From contig JAIXPZ010000042.1 in assembly GCA_027486005.1 (NCBI GenBank), forward strand, positions 2,894 to 66,893: 64,000 nucleotides of DNA, read 5' to 3'. Positions 29,015 through 38,578 of this stretch are shown here, in pieces. The DNA is from Legionellales bacterium. GTDB taxonomy: Bacteria; Pseudomonadota; Gammaproteobacteria; JAGOUN01. Positions within the stretch are counted from its first letter, which is position 1, and the number at the start of each line of letters is the position of its first letter. The notes beneath the pieces were generated by a model, which did not search any database, was not told the DNA's origin, and saw nothing but the letters and a program-made list of their open reading frames with translations. Position numbers and translations under genes: made by a program.

Positions 29015-30271
29015 ATGACAACAGCAGCAGACCTTCTTAAAAAGGCTGAATCTAGAGGTAAAACTCCTCATGTATTTCAACCACAAAAAAGACGTGCATG
29101 GGATTATGCTGTTCAAGAAATAGCTATCAGTGAAGAAATTGTACAAAAAGAAAATAGGAACGAATCTGGGGACAATTGGGTACAGAAATCGGAACAAAGT
29201 GAGGACACAAATAGGAACAATAGGGTACAAATATCGGAACAAAGTAGGGACGAAAATGGGTACGAAAATAGGAACAATTTATCTCAAGAAACTAGTCAAG
29301 ACAAGAAGTTAGACGCTAGTAAATCTATCAATAAATTACCTACTTTACACGATGAAAATATCGAAGCTAATGTGCTAAAGGTATTGAGAAAAATAACAGG
29401 ACATCAACAACAAATTATGGGGCAAATTACAGCTCATATTAAAAGTTTAAAAGAGATAACAAATACAATTAATATACCTATTTCTACGCTATCAGAAAGA
29501 ATAAATGCAGATAAAGATATAACAAGAACTTCCATAAAAAGATTACAGCAAAAATCTATTTTATTAAAAGAATCTGGTAAGAAAGGGCGGCATGGCAGCA
29601 CGTATGTATTGGTTCCTGATTTTATTATAAAAGAGTGTCTAAATTTGTTTGACTGCGGGCCACTTTCTTTTGAAGAAACTGGGTACATAAATAGGAACGA
29701 ATATAGGAACGAATATAGGAACAATAATTCCCTATATAGTAGTAATAATATAAATACTACTACTAGGAATACGGATGACTTACCTGAAAATTGGTTGGCT
29801 ATAAATTTTGAACCGTTAACGGATATTGGATTTTCCCTTACTCAATTACGACAATTGTGTTTGAAATCACTCAATACTCCTGAGGTTGTTCAAGAATCGA
29901 TTAACCACTTTGCGTTTGGTATCGAAAACAATCCTAAGTTTCAGAAGTACTCAGAGCCATTGAACGTATTAATGGGGGTTTTACGCAAAGGAGACGCATG
30001 GTTTGAAAAAAATTATGTATCACCGCAGGAAAAAGCACAACGGCGATTACTTGAATTTAAAAAGGCAGAAGGTGAAAGGCTAAAAGCACTTGAAGAAGAA
30101 GCTTATAAAATTGCTCTAGAAGATTGGAAAGCAAGTTTGTCTGTTGAAGAAATCGAGAATATTGTGCCGAAGCAAGCAAAAAAGGGGGATATTACTCCCC
30201 ATAGTGTAAAAATGAGTGCGTACTTCAGAGAAAATATTTGGCCACTTAAAAAAAATGATTATTTGATTTAA
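29015..30271 (+). CDS. Winged-helix DNA-binding protein with iteron copies embedded in its coding sequence; candidate centromere-binding (ParB-analogue) or Rep-like iteron-binding protein
   Basis: HTH/wing-like segment NIPISTLSERINADKDITRTSIKRLQQKSILLKESGKKGRHGSTYVLVP. It sits downstream of parA and is translationally close (ATG 12 nt after the parA stop). The coding sequence carries iteron copies at 29150-29285 and 29686-29725, which encode NRNEYRNEYRNNN. Confidence 0.5.
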   Translation: MTTAADLLKKAESRGKTPHVFQPQKRRAWDYAVQEIAISEEIVQKENRNESGDNWVQKSEQSEDTNRNNRVQISEQSRDENGYENRNNLSQETSQDKKLDASKSINKLPTLHDENIEANVLKVLRKITGHQQQIMGQITAHIKSLKEITNTINIPISTLSERINADKDITRTSIKRLQQKSILLKESGKKGRHGSTYVLVPDFIIKECLNLFDCGPLSFEETGYINRNEYRNEYRNNNSLYSSNNINTTTRNTDDLPENWLAINFEPLTDIGFSLTQLRQLCLKSLNTPEVVQESINHFAFGIENNPKFQKYSEPLNVLMGVLRKGDAWFEKNYVSPQEKAQRRLLEFKKAEGERLKALEEEAYKIALEDWKASLSVEEIENIVPKQAKKGDITPHSVKMSAYFRENIWPLKKNDYLI

Positions 30272-30288
30272 TAAATTGGGAGATAAAT

Positions 30289-31056
30289 ATGAAAATCGGA
30301 ATTATTGCAGCTGTGCAAGATGAAATAAAAACCATACATGACGATATAAGTTTTGATAAAGAAAAAGTAGTTACTCATGCTGAACGGCAATATTATTTAG
30401 GTACTCATGAAGGAATGGAGCTAGTTCTTGTTTATTCGAGAGTTGGTAAGGTAGCCGCAAGTATGACTGCAACTACATTAATAGAAAAATTTAATGTTGA
30501 CCTCATCATATTTACAGGTTTGGCAGGTGCAGTTTCCAAAAATCTGAATAGAGGGGACATCATTTTATGTGATAAAACATATCAGCACGATTTTGATGGA
30601 CGACCTTTATGTGAGAATCAATTTGAGATACCTTTGACGAACAGAATATTTTTTGAAACTCCTCAAACTCAACTAAACATAGCCAAGAAAGGAATTGAAA
30701 ACTTTTTGGCTAATTTTAACAAATACGTTAATCCTATTGATTTGCAGAAACTAGAGGTTGATAAACCAAAACTATATGTTGGAGTAATAGCGACAGGGGA
30801 TCAATTTATACAAGATATTGATAACCAAAAAACTCTTTATATAAATAAAGTTGAAACGCTAGCTGTAGAAATGGAAGGTGCCGCTGTTGCTCAAGTTTGC
30901 TCAGAATATCAACTGCCATATATATTGGTCAGAATTATTTCTGATAAAGCTAATGATTCAGCGCACGTAAGTTTACAAGAATTTTCAGTAAAAGCGGCTA
31001 GCCATTATGCTAGTGGGATAGTTCAAGAGATACTTTCTTTATTGAAAACCAATTAA
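30289..31056 (+). CDS. MTA/SAH nucleosidase-like (PNP_UDP_1 family, Pfs/MtnN-like) nucleoside hydrolase
   Basis: N-terminus MKIGIIAAVQDEIKTI resembles the Pfs start MKIGIIGAMEEE. Glycine-rich GLAGAV and a C-terminal EMEGAAVAQVC segment are typical of the family. Confidence 0.65.
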   Translation: MKIGIIAAVQDEIKTIHDDISFDKEKVVTHAERQYYLGTHEGMELVLVYSRVGKVAASMTATTLIEKFNVDLIIFTGLAGAVSKNLNRGDIILCDKTYQHDFDGRPLCENQFEIPLTNRIFFETPQTQLNIAKKGIENFLANFNKYVNPIDLQKLEVDKPKLYVGVIATGDQFIQDIDNQKTLYINKVETLAVEMEGAAVAQVCSEYQLPYILVRIISDKANDSAHVSLQEFSVKAASHYASGIVQEILSLLKTN

Positions 31057-31084
31057 TTATTGAATAATTTAGAAATGGGGTTAA

Positions 31085-31774
31085 GTGATGAATTTACGTC
31101 GAGAGTACTCGTTAAATAGTAAGTTTCTTATAGCATTAGTAATGATATATATGGCATTAAATCTCACTTCTGATGCCATTGCATTTAGATTCTATAATAT
31201 TGGACAATTTGCTATATCAGCCTCTGGTTTAATATACCCCCTTACTTTTTTTATCACTGATAGCATAGCTGAAGTGTATGGGTATTCGATCGCACGTAAG
31301 GTGATTTGGATAGGATTGATTTGTGAATTCATGTTTGCAATTCTTATCGAGATACTAATTAGATTACCATTAACCTCAACAGTGGATAATGGCAATGCTT
31401 TTTTAATCACACTCGGTCCGTTACTACAATTTGTTTTATCATGTATAGTTGGCGATATTGTCGGTATTTTTCTAAATGTATACTGCTTAAGTAAATGGAA
31501 AGTCATTCTAAAAGGTAGATTTTTTGCCGCTCGAAGCATTATTTCTACTTGTTTGGGTGAACTCTCTATGACGTTTATTTGTATTCTTTTAGGGTTTTCA
31601 GGCTATAATAATTTAACTACTAATATAAAGGTTGCAATTACAACATACGCTCTTCTTGTTGCATATGCGGTGATATTGGTTTGGCCAACTTGGCTTTTCA
31701 CATCAATTTTGAAACGCGTAGAAAAATTAGATGTTTACGACATCAATACGAATTTTAACCCTTTTCGATTTTAA
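31085..31774 (+). CDS. YhhQ/DUF165 (VUT-family) membrane transporter, queuosine-precursor-transporter-like
   Basis: Multi-TM protein. LTFFITDSIAEVYGYSIARKVIWIGLI aligns with the E. coli YhhQ segment FLATDLTVRIFGAPLARRIIFAVMI. Confidence 0.6.
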   Translation: MMNLRREYSLNSKFLIALVMIYMALNLTSDAIAFRFYNIGQFAISASGLIYPLTFFITDSIAEVYGYSIARKVIWIGLICEFMFAILIEILIRLPLTSTVDNGNAFLITLGPLLQFVLSCIVGDIVGIFLNVYCLSKWKVILKGRFFAARSIISTCLGELSMTFICILLGFSGYNNLTTNIKVAITTYALLVAYAVILVWPTWLFTSILKRVEKLDVYDINTNFNPFRF

Positions 31775-31779
31775 ATAGA

Positions 31780-32430
31780 TTATGCTGCCTTTTTTTGAAG
31801 AAAGGAAAGTGAGCTTAGTATTCTATTCCAAGAAAAATTTTGGTCTAGCTGATCCCTTGAAAATGGCCCTAAGTCTAACTTAGAGGCAAAAGGTACAGCT
31901 AGCACTGGATTTTCAATATCAACATCCGATTTTTCTATTATGGTAATAGCTAATTTATTTTCTTCTGGAAATGAAGTTAAATGAAAAGTTCCTTTTGGAA
32001 CCTCATAAATTTCACCAGCAGAAAATTTACATGATGTTTCTATTTCAAGATTAACTCTTTGGATTTTAGAGTTGTTTAGTATAGAGCAATTTTGTTCTGT
32101 GCATTTTGCGTCTATCAATTGATAATCACCTGCTTCATTTAAAACTGCTTTATAAGTGGTATCTTGTATAGCTCCAGCAATAATTCTACTTTTTAAATGA
32201 AAAACATGTGTGTGCAGGGGCGGTTCAGACATAGATTTAGGTAAATCAGGAGCCCAAAAATGCAAAAACAATCCACCCTCAGAATTTTTTTGTCCATTCA
32301 AGGCAAGACGCATCATGCCAAGAGGTTGAGCTTGAATAGTTGCTCCATTTTCCTTGAGAAAATATAGTCTTTCATTTAGCCAGTTAATTATATCTATTAA
32401 ATCAGTTTTTTCATTAAAAATGTCTATCAT
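31780..32430 (-). CDS. Hypothetical protein, possibly cupin-like
   Basis: Complete ORF. His-rich segment LHTHVFHLKS and a beta-rich C-terminal region. No firm family assignment. Confidence 0.35.
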   Translation of the reverse strand: MIDIFNEKTDLIDIINWLNERLYFLKENGATIQAQPLGMMRLALNGQKNSEGGLFLHFWAPDLPKSMSEPPLHTHVFHLKSRIIAGAIQDTTYKAVLNEAGDYQLIDAKCTEQNCSILNNSKIQRVNLEIETSCKFSAGEIYEVPKGTFHLTSFPEENKLAITIIEKSDVDIENPVLAVPFASKLDLGPFSRDQLDQNFSWNRILSSLSFLQKKAA

Positions 32431-32457
32431 TAGAAATCCCCTTAAATTTAGCTGTTG

Positions 32458-32976
32458 TTACGTTTTATTCTGTACAAGATTTTTCAGTACTTCTTTTTTC
32501 TGCTTAAAATCTTCCGCTGAATTTTCTGTAGCAGCTAAATATCCGACTTCACGAGAATCTACTGGACACATGCTTTGTATAATATCCTTTTCATCCATTA
32601 AATCGAGCGCAGACTTTAGAATAATTTTTTTATCACCTTTTTTTCTGATAGAAAATATTATCTTATTATTTTCTTGAGATAGATGTTTGGCAAGAATAGT
32701 GTATTTTGGGCTATTGATTCCCATATAACCTAAATAAGTTAAAGTCCGCACATCTCTTGGCGAGAACATGTCAACGAATGAATCGTCTTCTAATATTTCT
32801 TCTGGATAAACATCAAAAGCAACATTTTTGTTTATTATCTGTATTATAGCGATAAATTCATTTAGCTCTGTCTTACTGATTTCAATAACCCTGAGTCGTG
32901 GCCTATATACTTCTTGAGTCATGCTTGATTTCAATTCATGAATATAGTTCTTTATTTTTTCAATAGACTTAGCCAT
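32458..32976 (-). CDS. Hypothetical protein
   Basis: Complete 172-aa ORF co-oriented with neighbours. No recognised motif. Confidence 0.35.
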   Translation of the reverse strand: MAKSIEKIKNYIHELKSSMTQEVYRPRLRVIEISKTELNEFIAIIQIINKNVAFDVYPEEILEDDSFVDMFSPRDVRTLTYLGYMGINSPKYTILAKHLSQENNKIIFSIRKKGDKKIILKSALDLMDEKDIIQSMCPVDSREVGYLAATENSAEDFKQKKEVLKNLVQNKT

Positions 32977-32996
32977 TTAAGCTTTCCCCCAATTTC

Positions 32997-33662
32997 CTAT
33001 TTAAAGCAATTTCTTGATTCAACTAATGTCGCTAAAATCCTATCATCGTGATCCAATAACCTCATTGGAAAACTAGCTACGTTAGGATTTAATGGTTTCA
33101 AATATTTATGTTCACCATCGTCAATTAATTGTCTAAGTACTGCTTTTGAAGCTATGTTTACTAAAATATAGCTTCTATCTTGATATTTTGCATCTGGATC
33201 AAAAATTAATATGCAATTATAAGAAAAAATAGGTTCCATTGAGGTGTCAGGCATAATTAATGCAAAAGCATTGTCACTGATATGATTGCCGACGGTAATT
33301 TTGCCTAACTCTAAAGTTTGAGCGGAGGTACCTCCAGAAAAGCTACTCCATGACAATATGGGAATGGCTTTTATATGGTGTGACATTAGTTCATGAGTAT
33401 CATCGGTTTTATCGTCCGAAGCCGACTCTTCTATATTAATAGGCATAGGCTTTTCACCTACTAATTGGTCCATATCGATAGAAAAAAAATCAGCGATTGG
33501 TTGTAAAGAGGTGGCGTAGGGCCTTGTGGATTTGCCAGTTACTAACCTATGAATCGTTGGAGCAGGCAAATCAACTGCTCTTGCTAAATCTACAGGCTTA
33601 ATGTCTTTATCAAACAATAGTTTTTTAAGAATTTTTGCGAGATCTGGATATTTTTTAGACAT
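32997..33662 (-). CDS. CI/LexA-like repressor: XRE-family HTH + S24 peptidase domain
   Basis: N-terminal HTH (IKPVDLARAVDLPAPTIHRLVTGKS). The C-terminal S24 region has the catalytic Ser in MPDTSMEPIF and a Lys in NIASKAVLRQL. It is divergent from the T4SS-side genes. Confidence 0.7.
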   Translation of the reverse strand: MSKKYPDLAKILKKLLFDKDIKPVDLARAVDLPAPTIHRLVTGKSTRPYATSLQPIADFFSIDMDQLVGEKPMPINIEESASDDKTDDTHELMSHHIKAIPILSWSSFSGGTSAQTLELGKITVGNHISDNAFALIMPDTSMEPIFSYNCILIFDPDAKYQDRSYILVNIASKAVLRQLIDDGEHKYLKPLNPNVASFPMRLLDHDDRILATLVESRNCFK

Positions 33663-34069
33663 TTTGGCCTAGTTAATCTTAGTTCCATCACTTGTAATTA
33701 TATTGCATATATATTAAAAAGTACAGGTAAAATGAAAATAAACCCCATAAAAGTAAATTTTATGTACAATAAATCATTATTAATCAATGTTTTAGCAAAA
33801 ACTAGTAATTTATTTACATTTATCATTGACGAATATTGTACAAACATGTATTATTATTGCATGTTTTGGCTTTTCTTGTTTGAATGAAATTTTACTTTGT
33901 AAAGGAAGTTCAATATGAGGGGATGTCTAAAAAAAATCTGAGCCAAAGTTGTAGCTTTAGCTCAGAGAATAGTAACACAGACCATTGATGATCTATGAGA
34001 TCTAAGCATTCTCATTCTATCACTTCATTGTGATATCACCAAATGAATCTGTAGAAGCAGAGGTATAAG

Positions 34070-34483
34070 GTGATGTCATATCCATCAAAAAACTTACAAA
34101 TTCTATTGGTTGAAGACGATTTAGTCACTCGATTGTATATGCGTCTGCTATTGCAAGAGCTGAATTGCAAAGTATTGTTTACAAAAAATGGCGAAGAAGC
34201 CGTGGAAAAGTTTAACAATCAAGTTGACGGCATTCTCATGAATATCAGCTTACCTGGTATAGATGGGTGTGAAGCCGCAAGAGTTATCAATCAACAAAAT
34301 CCAAATAATAGAGCAATAATTTATGCGCTTTCCTCAGCTGCGCCTAATACCGATACATATTTTCTTAAGGCAGGAATTCAAGGCTTTGTCCAAAAGCCCT
34401 GTCTAAAAAGCGATTTAAAAAAGTTTTTATTACTGGTAAGTCAAAAAAAGCATAGTAGCCGTGGAAAGAGCATGTCTGTGTGA
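34070..34483 (+). CDS. Stand-alone response-regulator receiver domain, atypical: Asn in place of the phospho-acceptor Asp
   Basis: CheY-like fold signature (LLVEDD acidic pocket, LPGIDG, conserved K in the FVQKP region). When DGILMNISLPGIDG is aligned to the consensus LLDIMLPGMDG, N falls at the phospho-Asp position. Confidence 0.6.
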   Translation: MMSYPSKNLQILLVEDDLVTRLYMRLLLQELNCKVLFTKNGEEAVEKFNNQVDGILMNISLPGIDGCEAARVINQQNPNNRAIIYALSSAAPNTDTYFLKAGIQGFVQKPCLKSDLKKFLLLVSQKKHSSRGKSMSV

Positions 34484-34707
34484 CAGATATGATAGGAAAG
34501 CGTATTTGTTTGAAAAAAATGCTGTTGAAAGCACAACAAACAAGTACGCAATCACCTAAGCGAATGTTGAATTGAATGTATTTATTTGTGTTATGGAAAA
34601 GTGCACTTCTTACGGTCATGGTCGTTTAGGGGCTGGGTTATTCACGTAATGAGTGCGCTCTCCGCCTTTAGCAAGGCATTAAGTATTTTATTAGAAGAGA
34701 CAGTGCA

Positions 34708-35145
34708 ATGATGAAATTAGTAAGCTTATCGTGTTTGTTGTTATTAACTTTTACCTCGGTATGTTCTGCAGAAGAACTGACAGAAGTTTCGCGTTATACC
34801 ACCGTAAAGAATCAAGCAACGCGCGCGCAAATTAATCCACTTTTAATGACGATTCAAACGCGTTTTCCTCAAGCGGTACAAACTGTGGGAGATGCAATGA
34901 ATTATTTATTGCGTTATTCCGGCTACTCGTTGATAGAGCGCAATGCAATGGAAGAAAGTGTGAAACAAATGTTAGATCAACCACTACCGATTGTCGATAG
35001 AACGCTTGGTCCTTTAAGTTTACAAGAAGCACTGGAAATTTTAGCAGGTAAACACGTTTTTCGATTAACCGAAGATCCATTACATCGAAAGCTTTCGTTT
35101 GACGTTTTACCTGATATTAAAAAACACTATGGCAACCAAGAATAA
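34708..35145 (+). CDS. Secreted ICE-associated protein with signal peptide, first gene of the T4SS cluster
   Basis: Signal peptide MMKLVSLSCLLLLTFTSVCSA. Position at the head of a co-directional, tightly packed gene cluster. Confidence 0.45.
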   Translation: MMKLVSLSCLLLLTFTSVCSAEELTEVSRYTTVKNQATRAQINPLLMTIQTRFPQAVQTVGDAMNYLLRYSGYSLIERNAMEESVKQMLDQPLPIVDRTLGPLSLQEALEILAGKHVFRLTEDPLHRKLSFDVLPDIKKHYGNQE

Positions 35146-35159
35146 GAGGACCATCACTC

Positions 35160-35891
35160 ATGATGAATGAAAAAGAAAAGAAATCGTTAATTAATCGATG
35201 CAAAGATAAAATTAGTTATATTTCAGCTGCTTGCTTGAATATTAAGAACAGTCAAATTGTTTCACGCAAAATAATTCTATTCGGCAGTGCAGCATTAGTG
35301 ATTATTGTTTTTGCTGTCACTGCAACACAATGCCATAAAAAATCGAAAAACGAATCACAAACAGAAAAGTTTAATACGATCATTATTGACCAAATGAAAA
35401 AATCATCTGAATCATTAATAAATTTGCAACAACAAATAAATGATTTAACGAAGGCATTGAATACACCACAAGCTGTAGTTGATGTTGATGGCCTTAAGCT
35501 AGGACTATCACAAATTTCTTCTCAAATTGACACATTGCAAAAAGATAATGCCACATCTTTGAAAGAAATTATGGAAAATGAGAATGCTGTTGTTAATAAA
35601 AAACTGGATGATTTGCAGGCAGGTGTGACCGAATTAAAGGATCTTCAACATCCGATTAAATATCTCCCAGCGAAAGAATTACCTTTTGCAGTGCAAAGTA
35701 TTGATCTTATTCAGCAACAACCGGTGGTAACGATTGCGTATGCGAATAAATCACAACCCTTAGATCTAGGTTATTCTGTTGCCAGTTGGGAACTCATTAA
35801 AGCCAATTACACACAACAACGCGCAGAATTTAAAAATAAAGATGATATGCATATCGTTATCAATTTAGCGATGCAAGGAGTCTCCACATGA
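35160..35891 (+). CDS. ICE T4SS-cluster membrane-anchored coiled-coil protein
   Basis: One TM helix (IILFGSAALVIIVFAVTA) followed by a coiled-coil region. Translationally coupled to its neighbours. Confidence 0.4.
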   Translation: MMNEKEKKSLINRCKDKISYISAACLNIKNSQIVSRKIILFGSAALVIIVFAVTATQCHKKSKNESQTEKFNTIIIDQMKKSSESLINLQQQINDLTKALNTPQAVVDVDGLKLGLSQISSQIDTLQKDNATSLKEIMENENAVVNKKLDDLQAGVTELKDLQHPIKYLPAKELPFAVQSIDLIQQQPVVTIAYANKSQPLDLGYSVASWELIKANYTQQRAEFKNKDDMHIVINLAMQGVST

Positions 35892-36100
35892 CTATTTTAA
35901 TCAGTGTTGTGATTGCGCTTGGTGTCATGTTTGGAATAGGAGAGTACCAATCAACGACTGAAAAGAATGCCGATCTTTCTGCGCAAGTAAGCGAGCAGGC
36001 TCAAGAAATTCAACAACTTAAAGATAATAAAAAGAATGTGCCCGCGGTTCAATCGATTGATGGCGTACTGGTTCAAAATTTATCAGAGAAATCCTCATGA
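35888..36100 (+). CDS. Small T4SS-cluster membrane protein
   Basis: 70-aa ORF with an N-terminal TM helix. Its start overlaps the upstream stop (ATGA at 35888-35891). Confidence 0.35.
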   Translation: MTILISVVIALGVMFGIGEYQSTTEKNADLSAQVSEQAQEIQQLKDNKKNVPAVQSIDGVLVQNLSEKSS

Positions 36101-36939
36101 AACACGCATGGCTTTTTTTAATGCTTTGTCCTGCCATTTCGTTTGCAAACGATTGGAATGTACAGGACATGAAAACTAAATCTTCAGACTCTGCAGCCAA
36201 AGACAGTGGCGTTTATGCCGTAAGTCAAAAACAGTTTCAAGATGATATTACCGTGGATCAAGATATCGATAAACTCACTTTGACAGAAGAACAGCTGCAT
36301 CAAGCGAAAGTGTGGGCGTTAAGCGAATCTGACGAAAAGCGCTATGTACTTTTGATGCAAAATAGAAGTAGCGTTTACTACAAGGACACCACGCTGTCGC
36401 CTACCGAGATTTTGGGGCTCAACGCTCGAACTGAAGAGGAAAGAGAGCGTTATGCTACGCTAGCGGCTGAACAAAATGAACAGCAAATTGCAGAATTACT
36501 CGCGTGGCGTAATGCGTATCAAAAGGCGTATCAAGATCGTATTAAAGACATGCCCGTCATTAAACCTTTCGATAGCTCACCCTTTAGTCCGTATCACTAT
36601 CAAGCAATTGATTTAAAATCAGGCGATAAACTTTATTTTTACTTAAGAATTACCGATCCTGTTAAAGCGCAATTAGCGGTGATTTATCGTTTATTGGAAA
36701 ACACACCTAATACCGAATTGAATATTTATTTTATTGGTAATGATGCTGATAAAGCGAGTATCAACTCATGGGCCAAAGCGCATTCATTGCCGCTTTCACT
36801 TGTGAAACAAAAACGTATTATTTTAAATGCAGGGCACTCTTCTGATTTAAGTAAAATTAATCAAAGTGGTGAAACATTACCTTTGATCGTGCATTCGTCT
36901 AAAGGAAAGACGTCCATTATAAAGATGTCGAGATTTTAA
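36097..36939 (+). CDS. Secreted/periplasmic ICE T4SS-cluster protein
   Basis: Signal peptide MKHAWLFLMLCPAISFA. Overlapping start/stop with neighbours. Confidence 0.4.
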   Translation: MKHAWLFLMLCPAISFANDWNVQDMKTKSSDSAAKDSGVYAVSQKQFQDDITVDQDIDKLTLTEEQLHQAKVWALSESDEKRYVLLMQNRSSVYYKDTTLSPTEILGLNARTEEERERYATLAAEQNEQQIAELLAWRNAYQKAYQDRIKDMPVIKPFDSSPFSPYHYQAIDLKSGDKLYFYLRITDPVKAQLAVIYRLLENTPNTELNIYFIGNDADKASINSWAKAHSLPLSLVKQKRIILNAGHSSDLSKINQSGETLPLIVHSSKGKTSIIKMSRF

Positions 36940-36940
36940 T

Positions 36941-37474
36941 ATGAAACCTTATTTAGAAGCTGCTTTTATAAAATATGCGCTCGTGCTGGCAGGTTTTTCA
37001 ACCAGTGCTTTTGCACTTGAAGGTCAGACGTTGACGTCACCAATGTTAACCGTTGCATCATCTACCACTCCATCAGAAGCAGCGCCGCTTGCAATGTCAG
37101 CGAGTGAAAAAGCAGAGTTATTAAGTATTGAGAAAAATGCTAAGAAAACACTTTTTCCATTTAAAAGTATGTTAACGCCGGGCGTTGTTGAAGCGCATAC
37201 CTTATCAGAAAAAAATGCTAATAATATTCCGGCCATGTTTGTGATCGGTGATGATTCGACGTCTATTGATTGGCTGAAGAGCCATAAAAATGTACTCACA
37301 GAAATTCATGCAGTGGGTATGATTACGAACGTTGAATCTCAAACACGTGTTGATGCCATTCAAGAAGAAACAGGCTGGAAGCTGCTCATTCCTGTTTCTA
37401 TGGATGGAGCTTCTAATGTGTTTCAAGTGACGCATCTTCCTTTTTATATCAATAAAGGGGCGGTTGCTCAATGA
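36941..37474 (+). CDS. Secreted/periplasmic ICE T4SS-cluster protein
   Basis: Signal peptide (ALVLAGFSTSAFA). Coupled to its neighbours. Confidence 0.4.
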   Translation: MKPYLEAAFIKYALVLAGFSTSAFALEGQTLTSPMLTVASSTTPSEAAPLAMSASEKAELLSIEKNAKKTLFPFKSMLTPGVVEAHTLSEKNANNIPAMFVIGDDSTSIDWLKSHKNVLTEIHAVGMITNVESQTRVDAIQEETGWKLLIPVSMDGASNVFQVTHLPFYINKGAVAQ

Positions 37475-38208
37475 AAAAGCCGATCAAAGCCACTTATAAA
37501 CAATCGACTCATTGGATAGAAAAATTTGTGTTTACACTTTTTTTAGCCACATGCATTCATTTTGCGTTGAGCACATATCACTACACACAAGACGGATTTG
37601 ATGCAGCTTATCAAGAGGTTGTTGATCAAGGCGAAGAAGAGCTTTTCATACTGTTTGGCTATCATCCGACGATTACCATTAACATGCTCGGCACAATGCT
37701 TGATGCTAAAAATTGGTTAATTGATAAAGTCAGCACGTTTTGGTCTCAAGAAACTGCATCACTCTTGGATAAAACATCGAAACTTGATTTTTCAGAAAAG
37801 AAAAATCACTGGGGATTAGGCGACAAAAAACAAGCCGTGACGACATGGTGGCAAGGGAGTTGGTCGCTTGTTAAAAATTTATTTTGGCTTTTTATCGAAA
37901 ATAGCAAAGTTGTTCTTTATAAAGCGATTGTGTTTGTCTATGCCATACCGTTATTGGCCGTTAGCAGTGTTGTGGGAAGTATCGATGGGTTAATTCATCG
38001 TGAAATCCGTACGCAAGAGATGGGCCGTGAGTCATCATTTTTATTTCATAAATTTTCACGCCTTTCATCGCGTCTCATTGCAACGCTTATGATGGCCTAT
38101 TTTATTTTACCACTGTCTCTTAGCTTGCCACTATTTTTATTACCGATGGCTTTATTAACTTGTGGTTTGAGTTCGATGACCTGTCGTCATTTAAAGAAAT
38201 ATCTCTAA
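37471..38208 (+). CDS. Integral membrane ICE T4SS-cluster protein
   Basis: Multiple TM helices. Start overlaps the upstream stop. Confidence 0.4.
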   Translation: MKKPIKATYKQSTHWIEKFVFTLFLATCIHFALSTYHYTQDGFDAAYQEVVDQGEEELFILFGYHPTITINMLGTMLDAKNWLIDKVSTFWSQETASLLDKTSKLDFSEKKNHWGLGDKKQAVTTWWQGSWSLVKNLFWLFIENSKVVLYKAIVFVYAIPLLAVSSVVGSIDGLIHREIRTQEMGRESSFLFHKFSRLSSRLIATLMMAYFILPLSLSLPLFLLPMALLTCGLSSMTCRHLKKYL

Positions 38209-38209
38209 G

Positions 38210-38578
38210 GTGAAGCCCATGAAAAAAACTATGACATTCAAAATGAAACTCAGTGTCCTCGTAACGGTTGGATTGTTGGGATTTAGTTCACCTATTTTTG
38301 CAGACCAAGCACAAATGAACGAAACGTTGGTGCGTCTTGTGAATCAATTGGATGCCTTATTGCCACTAGTGGATGAAGCTGAGCGCGAACAACCTCAAAA
38401 CGAACGCTTTACATTTCATTTTAGTTCGTTTGAAGGTTCCGATGGTAAAACCCATAACGGATTACGTGAAGATATTATGTCGATGAAAGAAGCTTTAATT
38501 GTGCAAATTAATCAACCTGCAATTGATCCAGAAACGGTTGCACCTTTAAGCAATGATTTTATAGGAGGTGCACCATGA
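38210..38578 (+). CDS. RAQPRD-family ICE protein (secreted)
   Basis: Signal peptide. The ERE motif region and INQPAIDPETVAPLSNDFIG resemble the RAQPRD signature of this ICE family (TIGR01690-like). Confidence 0.5.
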   Translation: MKPMKKTMTFKMKLSVLVTVGLLGFSSPIFADQAQMNETLVRLVNQLDALLPLVDEAEREQPQNERFTFHFSSFEGSDGKTHNGLREDIMSMKEALIVQINQPAIDPETVAPLSNDFIGGAP

